Virus record (IMG/VR): IMGVR_UViG_3300047329_000027
Coordinates: 1 to 44,716 of that record
DNA from: a virus
Reading direction: 5' to 3' (one strand)
Length of the DNA stretch: 44,716 nucleotides
Part shown: piece by piece, positions 1 to 8,794 of the stretch
Position numbering within the stretch: position 1 is the first letter of the stretch
Layout of the letters: each line of letters begins with the position of its first letter
The notes under the pieces: generated by a model
Database searches by the model: none
Seen by the model: only the letters and a program-made list of their open reading frames with translations
Told to the model about the DNA's origin: nothing
Made by a program: the position numbers and the translations under genes

Positions 1-127
1 ACGACAGGTCAACGACGAGCCGGTGCGTCCGAAGCTTTTCGGTGAACGCCGGCCAGCCGGTCTTCTGGCCTTGGAGCTCGGGCGCGATCAGCTGCACGAG
101 GTTTCCGGCCGCCGTCGCGTATTCCAC
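1..127. repeat. Terminal direct repeat: nt 1-127 are identical to nt 44590-44716 (overlap of a circular or circularly permuted genome)
   Basis: Both termini read acgacaggtcaacgacgagccggtgcgtcc...gccgtcgcgtattccac. The match is 127 nt with no mismatch seen. Confidence 0.95.
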
Positions 128-964
128 GGCGGTCTTGAACCGGATATTGGGGAAGTTATCCTTGATCAGCTTTTCGGCCGTAACGCCGAAGCTGTTGGCG
201 CTCGTGATCGCCGTCATGGTGTAGGGGTCCATCGCCAGAACGAGCGGAACATCCATCTCAATCTCGACGTTGCCGCCCGCCTGCTTAGTCAGCTGGTAGA
301 ATATCGCCTGAATATCAGCATAGACCTCGTTCGGCGTCGCAGTGAACACGCCATTGGTGATCCAAGGACCATGCGCCTGGCTGTTGTATGCCTTCGGACC
401 GGGCTGGATTGACGCCGGCAGGATGGGATCGTTCAGCAAACCGTAGTTCTGAAGGTTCGCGACACCGAAAGCATAGCTGCGATTGCGAAACTTGTTGATC
501 GCGTAGACGCCGCCCGCCTTCTTCTCGGCCGGGGTATTGACGCCGACGAGCGCGGTCACGTCGGCTTCACGCTCGCCGTAGTTGACGATAGTCTGAAAGT
601 GGAACGACTGGCGTTGCGGGAAGTCAAGGTTGAACCCGGCTGACCCGTTATTGCTGTAGTCGTCATAGGCTGACACGTCGCCGGTCATTTCCAAGACGGG
701 GAAGGTCGAAACCTTGGCGGTCCAGTCGCCGACCTTGCGCTCATCGCCGAGGATTTCCGCAATCTTCATCGGCGAGAAGATGATGCGGAGAATGTCCCGG
801 TCATAGAACGTGGTCAGGAATGCCGGAATGCCCGCGTTGGCTGTCGTGCCGCTAAGTTGCGGCTGAGCGTCAAGGGCCATCGGGCCATCCATCGCGACCA
901 CGCCTCGCGCGGCAAGGTCACGGCGGTTGGCGAGCATTTCGCGATGGAAAACGGGATCAAACAT
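1..964 (-). CDS. Major capsid protein, N-terminal 321 codons. The gene crosses the window junction and ends at 44507.
   Basis: ATG at 964 (cat 962-964). My translation starts MFDPVFHREMLANRRDLAARGVVAMDGP... and stays open to nt 1. Through the 127-nt overlap it joins ORF 44507..44716, giving 348 aa in total. It sits after the scaffold and decoration genes. It resembles DUF2184/encapsulin-like HK97-fold coat proteins, from memory only. Confidence 0.75.
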   Translation of the reverse strand, partial: MFDPVFHREMLANRRDLAARGVVAMDGPMALDAQPQLSGTTANAGIPAFLTTFYDRDILRIIFSPMKIAEILGDERKVGDWTAKVSTFPVLEMTGDVSAYDDYSNNGSAGFNLDFPQRQSFHFQTIVNYGEREADVTALVGVNTPAEKKAGGVYAINKFRNRSYAFGVANLQNYGLLNDPILPASIQPGPKAYNSQAHGPWITNGVFTATPNEVYADIQAIFYQLTKQAGGNVEIEMDVPLVLAMDPYTMTAITSANSFGVTAEKLIKDNFPNIRFKTAVEYATAAGNLVQLIAPELQGQKTGWPAFTEKLRTHRLVVDLS

Positions 965-981
965 GGCGCGTTAGCCTTCGC

Positions 982-1935
982 TTAGCCGAGGGGTTGACTG
1001 GAGGCGCGGACAAGCTCGCCGACCGCGCGGCCGGTATCCATGCAGACCCATTTCGTTTCGATGTAGCCGGCCGCCGTGATGGTGGCGGAGGCGGCGGTCT
1101 GAGATGGCGTGACGTAATAGGTCCCCGTCCCGCCGGTCCCCGTCCCGAGCCCGACGACGACAGTCCCGGCCGTGACGTTGGCGCCGGTGAGGGCGTCGCC
1201 GACACCGACCGCACCCGATGCGACCGCCGAGACCGTGAGCACACCCACGGCTTCGGTAATGGTCGTGGAGGCGACTGTCTGCGGGATATTCACCGAGTAC
1301 GTCCCGATGCCGCCGGTCGTGCCGGTGAGCTGAGCGATGATCTGCGTGTTCGCCTGCACGCCGGTTCCCGACAGGATGCCGCCCGGAACCACAGTCCCCG
1401 AGCCGACCGCCGTAACGGTCAAGACGCCAGTCGGCGCCGACGTCCCGATAACGGCCGATCCCGGCGCGATAGAGCCGGTGACGCTGATTGCCGAGACGGG
1501 GGCGATGGCGCCGGTCACGCTGCCGGCGGCGGGCGGATTGCCGGTCGGGGCGAAGGCGACAAGGCCGGTCGCATAGTTGGCGTAAGCCTTCATGCCGATC
1601 GTGGTCACGAGCGTCCCGTTGTTGACCATCCAGAAATCGCCGCCGCTCATGGCGGAGCACTCAATCCCTGGAAGGATCTGCATCGTGTATTCGTTGAGGA
1701 ACGTCGTGATAATGCCTTGTTGGTTCCGATGCACGAATCCCGTCACCGGCCCGGAGCCGGTCGAGTTCAGGATCGAGCCGGTCGGGTCGGACCATGCGAA
1801 CCGGCCGACATAAAGCGCCGAGCCGGACGTAAAGGCGCCCTGACCAGACGGTGCGCTGAACCACGGATTGGCGGCGCAGAAGTCGCCCGCTACTGCAGGC
1901 GCTTCCGTATAGTTCACCTGGTTGGGAAAGGGCAT
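982..1935 (-). CDS. Head decoration / cement-like structural protein with tandem Gly/Thr-rich repeats
   Basis: 317-aa ORF between the scaffold and capsid genes. Two roughly 60-aa repeats end in [22 protein letters not shown] and [23 protein letters not shown]. The function is inferred from position only. Confidence 0.5.
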   Translation of the reverse strand: MPFPNQVNYTEAPAVAGDFCAANPWFSAPSGQGAFTSGSALYVGRFAWSDPTGSILNSTGSGPVTGFVHRNQQGIITTFLNEYTMQILPGIECSAMSGGDFWMVNNGTLVTTIGMKAYANYATGLVAFAPTGNPPAAGSVTGAIAPVSAISVTGSIAPGSAVIGTSAPTGVLTVTAVGSGTVVPGGILSGTGVQANTQIIAQLTGTTGGIGTYSVNIPQTVASTTITEAVGVLTVSAVASGAVGVGDALTGANVTAGTVVVGLGTGTGGTGTYYVTPSQTAASATITAAGYIETKWVCMDTGRAVGELVRASSQPLG

Positions 1936-1950
1936 GGTTGCAGCAGCTCC

Positions 1951-3330
<1,380 letters not shown>

Positions 3331-3457
3331 GCCCGAAATGGTACAGGTTCGGTACTATCGGCGCAAGGCTTACCCGGACGCCTGCCGCGCGGGCCAGCAT
3401 CCTCAAAATCCCTGGACAAGTTTGATCAAAATTACATGGCGGATGGTGCGGCCCATG

Positions 3458-4012
3458 TCAGTTGATCTCCGTCACGGAGATTGTCGCCGCCGTGGTGCAG
3501 TAGGCATACACCGCGCTCTTAGGAACCGGGTCAAGTTGAGCCCAATGGAACCCACCAGGGATCGGCATTGAGTTGGCCGATGCGGCGTTGCCCGATATGT
3601 CAACAAGACATGAGGTGTTAGCCAGTGCCGGGATGATCGCCAGGCTTCGGCGCGTTGTATTTGCGGCGATTAGCAAGGTGCTGGTGTTGGCTGGAACGGA
3701 AACGGAGGTAAGGGTCGCCGTGCCTGGGTTATAGCCGGGACTGATATAAATCGGCGTGCTCGAGCTCGATCCGCTGCCCGAGCCCGAAGCGGGCGCTGGC
3801 CCGCAAACCGTCGTGAGGTAAGGCGCCACCGTTCCAAACTGCCCGACGATGCCGCCAGCCCCGCCGTTGCAGGCTTGGTTGTAAATCGTCGTCGGCGTGG
3901 GTGACTGCCATGTGCCGTCGTGGAAAACCGAACCCGTCTGCACGACCTGAGCAGACGCTTGGCTGGCGATAAGGGCCGCAATGGATAGGGCGGCAAATAA
4001 AAGTCGAACCAT
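3458..4012 (-). CDS. Secreted protein of unknown function (Sec-type signal peptide); moron inside the head module
   Basis: The internal ATG at 4012 of ORF 3458..4174 gives MVRLLFAALSIAALIASQASA|QVV, with a hydrophobic core and an AxA cleavage site. The mature part is Ser/Thr/Gly-rich with 4 Cys. An AT-rich leader and a GC-rich hairpin lie upstream. Confidence 0.6.
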   Translation of the reverse strand: MVRLLFAALSIAALIASQASAQVVQTGSVFHDGTWQSPTPTTIYNQACNGGAGGIVGQFGTVAPYLTTVCGPAPASGSGSGSSSSTPIYISPGYNPGTATLTSVSVPANTSTLLIAANTTRRSLAIIPALANTSCLVDISGNAASANSMPIPGGFHWAQLDPVPKSAVYAYCTTAATISVTEIN

Positions 4013-4079
4013 GCAGGGCGCTCCCGAATAGGAATACGATAATGCACAGGGTTTAAATTGGATAGTCCCCCAAGGTAAC

Positions 4080-4120
4080 GAGCCCCTCGGCGTCAGGAGG
4101 GGGGAACCGCCGAGGGGCTC
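4080..4120 (-). promoter_or_regulatory. GC-rich stem-loop (13-bp perfect stem, 15-nt loop) between the head-morphogenesis gene and the secreted-protein gene
   Basis: gagcccctcggcg (4080-4092) pairs with cgccgaggggctc (4108-4120). No clear U-tract follows on the minus strand, so terminator function is uncertain. Confidence 0.45.
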
Positions 4121-4154
4121 TAGCGTGAGGGGGCACGCAACGGGCAGAATGTCG

Positions 4155-4940
4155 CTAATCGAAGCCCGGCACAACCGTCTTTGAGACGCAGCGGCAATTG
4201 ATCAACACGCCAGGCCATGTCCACACCTTCGCGTCGGGGTCGAACCATCCCGTCCTGGGATCGTACAACTTGCCTGACTGCCGGACGTGCGATGGGCGAG
4301 GGGTCTTTCCGCCCGCGCTGTGCAGCCACTCAGCCTCAAGGTCGAGTTCTATCTGCCGCACCTTGACCAGCGCCGCCGTCGCCGCGTTGTTCTGCTGCCG
4401 CGCGATCAGCGAGGCGCGCCGTTTCGTCACCCCCAGGCGCTCGCGCAATTCGGTGTGCAGGCTGGCAAGGTCGCGGCCGGCCGTAACCGAACGCATCACC
4501 ATGCCCTCGACCTGCGTCAGGTGCTCACTCGCAATCGACTTGATCAGGCTGACGTTCTCGGCGATCGCGGCCTGAACCACGTCGTTCTGCACGCGCGTAG
4601 GGTCAAACCTGACCGATATTCCGCCCTTTCTGAGCATGTCCGCCATCGCCTTGTCCGTGCGCTTGGCGGTCGCGGTCGCGAAATATCGGGCCATCTTCGG
4701 CGCCAAGGCGTTGAACCGCCTCATCCAGCGGGTTCTGAGGCCACGCATCTCGTCCATCAGTTCGCGCGCGGGTGAAGCGTCCTGCGCAATCTCGGGCGTG
4801 TTGGCGCGATAGCAAGCGACCAGCCAGAACACGAGCGAGGCGTGCATGTCGTCAAGTTCGGCATCTAGGCGGCGCTGGAATTTCGCGCGAATGGCGGCCG
4901 ATGGGCGGACGGTGAAGCTGAACCCCTTGGCCGGCTTCAC
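4155..4940 (-). CDS. Head morphogenesis / minor head protein (SPP1 gp7 / Mu F-like)
   Basis: 261 aa. The C-terminal motif WLHSAGGKTPRPSHVRQSGKLYDP...WPGVLINCRCV is typical of the Phage_Mu_F domain. It lies directly downstream of the portal, with an ATGA-type overlap. Confidence 0.75.
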   Translation of the reverse strand: MKPAKGFSFTVRPSAAIRAKFQRRLDAELDDMHASLVFWLVACYRANTPEIAQDASPARELMDEMRGLRTRWMRRFNALAPKMARYFATATAKRTDKAMADMLRKGGISVRFDPTRVQNDVVQAAIAENVSLIKSIASEHLTQVEGMVMRSVTAGRDLASLHTELRERLGVTKRRASLIARQQNNAATAALVKVRQIELDLEAEWLHSAGGKTPRPSHVRQSGKLYDPRTGWFDPDAKVWTWPGVLINCRCVSKTVVPGFD

Positions 4941-6487
4941 ACTCCGCTCCGCTCTTCACCGCCGCCTTCCGCGCTCTTGGCCGGATCGCCCAATATCCGC
5001 TCCTGCACGCCCTCGTCAGGCTCCTCGGGAACGTCGTCGGGATCAAGGCCGCGATATGGGCTCTTGGGGTCGCGGGCCAGCACGCCGCGCGTTTCCTCGG
5101 GCGAAATCACGCCCTCCTGCATGTAAACCGCCGCCGTGTCCGCATCGGCCTTACGGATCGACGCCTCGGCCGCCGGGTCCATTTCCCAGAGCGAAACGAA
5201 GTTGAACCCGATCCTTGGATCTATCTTGCCGAAAAGATGAAGCTGTATCGTGTCGATGGCGATTTTCAGATTGTCGCGGAATATGTGCTCCTGCACCGAC
5301 AGGATGTTGTCATAATAAACCCGGATCACGCCATCGGTGCTGGAATTCAGGCCGGTTGGCGTGATGCCGAACAATTTGATGTCCGGCGTCTGCGAAACCG
5401 ATAGGAGCTGTTCCTGCGCCTGGGCTTGTAGGTGGTCAAGAGTGCCGAGCGGAGCGGCGAGGATTTTCAAGTCCTCCGTGTCCTTGTCCAGCACGAACGT
5501 CCCGCGATTGTCCCGCATCAGGTTGAACACATCGACGCGGTTGAACAGGTCATCCGACGCCTGACCCGCCAGCGTTCCGCCCATGTTTGTGAGCAGCGCC
5601 ACGATCGAAAACGAGTGCGTGATGTCGCTGACGGATTGTCGCGTCCGAAGCCAGTTATCCACGTAGGGCTTGGCGCGCTGAGACAGCGACACGCCCCCGA
5701 ACGCATATGCGGCTTTCAGGATGTCGGGAACCTCGGCGCTGATCATGGTCAAGAGGCGGCTCGCGTGAACCACCTTGCCCTGCACATACCACTGATTGGG
5801 CCGGTAGAAATCGGGCCTGAGCGGGTCAAGGGCGTTGTAGTCGTTCGGGTAGGTCCAGATTGGCTCGACGACGCGAAATTCCAATTTGCCGCCTTTGGGG
5901 ATTTTGGCCGAGTTGATCAGCAACGGCTTGGCGAGTTCATCTGGGTTTTCGGTCTTGCCGGTGTCGATGTAGATATGCCCGATGCCGAACGCGCCGTCGT
6001 GCTCGGCGCATTTGCGGAAATGATCGCGAAGCCGTTTCTCGCGCATGCACTCTTCGATCTTGGCCAGCTTGTCGCCTTCGTCCGCCTTGTCGTCGGCGTA
6101 GGTCAGCTCAATCCACTTGCGCGTCATCTCCTTGGCGCGCGTTTCAAATATTGCCCGATATTCCGACCGCTGGGCGAGCTGCGACAAGTAGGGGTAGCCG
6201 AGCCAGCCTTCCAGCCCCCAGCCGCCGCCGAACGCGCCTAGGTCGGCGTAGGCGTAGACATCCTGCATACAGCCGTCCATGGCGACTTGCGCGCTCTCGG
6301 GCACGCCAGGCGGGCGTTGAGCGACGGGGTAGATTTCCGCAAACGCCTTGGCGCGCTCGGAGCCGGACGGGAGCGACGATGCGCGACGAAGCAAATCGCC
6401 GAGAGACTTGGGCGCGGCGTCAATCGCCGGCACGGGGATGGGGTCGGGCGGCGGCTTGGGGAAAAGCCAATCCCAGAAGCCGCTCAT
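4937..6487 (-). CDS. Portal protein (DUF1073-type)
   Basis: 516 aa, immediately after terL (4-nt overlap), with an acidic C-terminus. Its size and position fit a portal. The family assignment is from memory. Confidence 0.75.
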   Translation of the reverse strand: MSGFWDWLFPKPPPDPIPVPAIDAAPKSLGDLLRRASSLPSGSERAKAFAEIYPVAQRPPGVPESAQVAMDGCMQDVYAYADLGAFGGGWGLEGWLGYPYLSQLAQRSEYRAIFETRAKEMTRKWIELTYADDKADEGDKLAKIEECMREKRLRDHFRKCAEHDGAFGIGHIYIDTGKTENPDELAKPLLINSAKIPKGGKLEFRVVEPIWTYPNDYNALDPLRPDFYRPNQWYVQGKVVHASRLLTMISAEVPDILKAAYAFGGVSLSQRAKPYVDNWLRTRQSVSDITHSFSIVALLTNMGGTLAGQASDDLFNRVDVFNLMRDNRGTFVLDKDTEDLKILAAPLGTLDHLQAQAQEQLLSVSQTPDIKLFGITPTGLNSSTDGVIRVYYDNILSVQEHIFRDNLKIAIDTIQLHLFGKIDPRIGFNFVSLWEMDPAAEASIRKADADTAAVYMQEGVISPEETRGVLARDPKSPYRGLDPDDVPEEPDEGVQERILGDPAKSAEGGGEERSGV

Positions 6488-7941
6488 CCTCGGCCTCGGG
6501 CGCGCGCCATGAAGTCGGGCGAAATCCTGATCGGCCCCGCGCTCATCCCGACCATACCGAATGCCCGACTGAGCGCGTCAACCTGGTCGTCCTTCATCCC
6601 GCCCGGGAATGCGGCCAGCTCATCCAGAAATGCAGCGTTCCAGGGTGCGCGCACGATATGAAAATTCCCGACGTTCACCTGAGACGCGACAGGGGCGGCG
6701 CGTGTTGCTTTGTCGCCCGTTTCAGGGGAGCTTTCAACCCGGTATCCTGTGAGCGCCCGCGTGAGGTAGAGCACTTGCGCCTTGCCGGCTTGGCCAGGGT
6801 CTTGCGGCAGGCCGACGCGGACGCTGCGTCCATCCTGCGCCGCCGTGTTGACGATTGCCGCCTGTGTCTCGTCAGGGCCGCCACGAAGCCGCACGACGTC
6901 AAGCACGCAGTACCGTCCATCGGGCAGGCGGGCGAATTTCACGCCAACGGTCCAGTCAGGGTCTCGCGTGCCGGTCTGGGCTGTTGCGGCCAGATCCCAA
7001 GCGCGACAGACATTACCGCCAGCGGGCGCCGCATCCATGACGCCGATTTGCGCCGTCTTGAACAGCGATCCCTCGGCCATGACGGGGCGCTGCTGGTAGA
7101 GCGCGGACCAGTCTCGCATGGCGCCGGCCGCTTCGTACTCGGCATGGGCAAGCTTCAGTTCCGCCCCATAGCCGTAATCGTCATCGGACCACAGCCATTC
7201 ACCAGGCTCACGCCCGAGCGCGTCGGCTTGCTCGGCGACGGCGGGCAGGCTGATCACGCGCCATAAGCCGGGCTGGCGCTCTAGCACGCGGCCTCCGAGG
7301 TCATCAGGATGCCAGCGAGTCATGATTAGCACTATGGCGGCATCGGGTTTGAGGCGCGTTCGCAGGTCAGCCGTGAACCATGCCCATTGGCTTTCACGCA
7401 CGGTCTCGCTTTCCGCATCCGCTCTACTTCTAGTTGGATCATCTATTAATACAACGTCCGCGCGCGTGCCGGCGATCGCCCCGCCGACACCGGCGGCTCG
7501 ATACCGCCCGCCGTTGGTCGTGTCCCATTGTTCGGCGCTTTCACGTCCTAGTCCATATCCAAGCGTCAAGGGATGGTCGCGGATGGTTTGCATCACGCGT
7601 CTCGAGAATGCTTCTGCCATTGTGGACGTGTTCGACGCGCCGATGATGTCCACGCGCGCCCGCTGCGCCATCAACCACGGCGGGAAGAGAACCGATCCGT
7701 AAGTTGATTTTGCCGAACCGGGTGGCATGTTGATCATCAGCCGCTTGGTCTGGCCGTTCGCGACCATCTCAAGTTCTCGGATAAGCAACCGATGGTGAGC
7801 GGCGGGGGATTGCCCTAGTGGCCGTAAAACATCCTCGCACCACGCCAAGAACGACCGCTTGCACTCGCGCCGCCGCAGCTCACGGGCGAGAAGTAATTCT
7901 CGCTCGGCGAACTGCCTCCAGCTCGGCTGCAAGCTCGTCAT
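6484..7941 (-). CDS. terL: Terminase large subunit
   Basis: 485 aa. Walker A-like MPPGSAKST, Walker B VVLIDDP, and a C-terminal nuclease-domain signature FLDELAAFPGGMKDDQVDALSRAF. Confidence 0.85.
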   Translation of the reverse strand: MTSLQPSWRQFAERELLLARELRRRECKRSFLAWCEDVLRPLGQSPAAHHRLLIRELEMVANGQTKRLMINMPPGSAKSTYGSVLFPPWLMAQRARVDIIGASNTSTMAEAFSRRVMQTIRDHPLTLGYGLGRESAEQWDTTNGGRYRAAGVGGAIAGTRADVVLIDDPTRSRADAESETVRESQWAWFTADLRTRLKPDAAIVLIMTRWHPDDLGGRVLERQPGLWRVISLPAVAEQADALGREPGEWLWSDDDYGYGAELKLAHAEYEAAGAMRDWSALYQQRPVMAEGSLFKTAQIGVMDAAPAGGNVCRAWDLAATAQTGTRDPDWTVGVKFARLPDGRYCVLDVVRLRGGPDETQAAIVNTAAQDGRSVRVGLPQDPGQAGKAQVLYLTRALTGYRVESSPETGDKATRAAPVASQVNVGNFHIVRAPWNAAFLDELAAFPGGMKDDQVDALSRAFGMVGMSAGPIRISPDFMARARGRG

Positions 7942-8356
7942 CCTTCATCCTTTGGATATCGTCGAGGCTCGCGTTGATATTGCGCTGAACCGGAGCGCCT
8001 TCAATGCGGTTCAAGAGCGCGATGGTTGCGGCAAGCTGCGTCGCCTCGGCTTCGGCGCCATGCATGAGGGCGTAAAGCTTCTGGCGCCCTTCCTCGGCCG
8101 CGCGCTCTTGGTCAAGCCGGTTCTGAGCCGTAATCGCCCGCTTCTCGGGCCCCTGACCCGGAATTAGCACCTTAGGCCCGCTGCCCCTCCCCTTCGACCC
8201 AAACTGCAAATTCCCCGACGCCGGGATGCCTGACGCGGGAATGCCTGACGGCGGCTTATAATTCGCGCCGCCCTTCTGGAACCCGCGCGGCTTGGCGGGC
8301 GTGCCGTCCTTTTTCAGGCCGAACGGGTGGACGTTTGAGGGGGACTCGTCGGTCAT
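7880..8356 (-). CDS. terS: Putative terminase small subunit
   Basis: 158 aa directly upstream of terL, overlapping it by 62 nt. It has a basic N-terminus (PAKPRGFQKGG) and a helical C-terminus. It contains a duplicated 15-bp unit encoding SGIPASGIPASG. The call rests mainly on position. Confidence 0.5.
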   Translation of the reverse strand: MTDESPSNVHPFGLKKDGTPAKPRGFQKGGANYKPPSGIPASGIPASGNLQFGSKGRGSGPKVLIPGQGPEKRAITAQNRLDQERAAEEGRQKLYALMHGAEAEATQLAATIALLNRIEGAPVQRNINASLDDIQRMKDDELAAELEAVRRARITSRP

Positions 8357-8365
8357 GCGGGGAGA

Positions 8366-8530
8366 TTACCTTATGGGCGCAAGTCCAGCAAATCGCACGC
8401 CACAAGAAGCGCCTCGTTGTTTGTCAAGGGACTTATAAAGCCACTTGTGCAGCGGGATATGGGACCGCTCGAAGATGGTCGCCGTCCGGGCGATGAAGCC
8501 TTGCAGGCGCTGCAGCGGTAGGAGCCGCCC
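8366..8530 (-). pseudogene. Possible frameshifted remnant of an IS1595/ISXO2-type zinc-ribbon N-terminal domain
   Basis: My minus-strand translation gives GSYRCSACK in one frame, then after an apparent 1-nt loss FIARTATIFERSHIPLHKWLYKSLDKQRGAS in another. This resembles the Y-R-C-x-x-C...F-S-x-T-x-G-T-I-F-E-x-S-K-I-P-L-x-K-W signature. There is no start codon, and it stops just before terS. Confidence 0.3.
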
Positions 8531-8680
8531 TTAATGGCAATCGGCGGGGAAAAACGCGCGCGCGCGTCGGAGGCGGGGTATTGGTTTTCTCAATCGCGCT
8601 TGCCCTATCCATAAGTTTTTCCGTCAATCGCGCGTACACGGAAAATGGGGGTTTTAGGGTGCTAAAATGGGCATGCCAAA

Positions 8681-8794
8681 TCGATGACAGGATGACACCA
8701 GATGACGTCACTTTCACTATAGACATATCCCTGCGCGCGTGCGCGTGAGGCCGATAATAGAAATGACAGTCATCACGTGTCATCCTGTCATCGA
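8681..8794. repeat. 18-bp perfect inverted repeat flanking a 78-bp spacer, built from GATGAC/GTCATC iterons
   Basis: tcgatgacaggatgacac (8681-8698) is the exact reverse complement of gtgtcatcctgtcatcga (8777-8794). GATGAC occurs at 8683, 8691 and 8701, and GTCATC at 8779, 8787, 8800 and 8806. The spacer contains the palindromes tgacgtca and atgacagtcat. Confidence 0.85.

Noticed and set aside
1-127. Reading the 127-nt terminal repeat as a biological direct terminal repeat or as LTR-like ends of a mobile element.
   Set aside because: The repeat lies inside the capsid coding sequence and simply restores that ORF when the ends are joined. Its length matches a common assembler k-mer. A circularisation artefact is the simplest explanation.
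8422-8427. A perfect TTGACA hexamer (minus strand) about 60 nt upstream of terS, as a candidate late-promoter -35 box.
   Set aside because: There is no acceptable -10 hexamer at 16-18 nt spacing (tgtggc/gtggcg). I cannot call a promoter from one hexamer.
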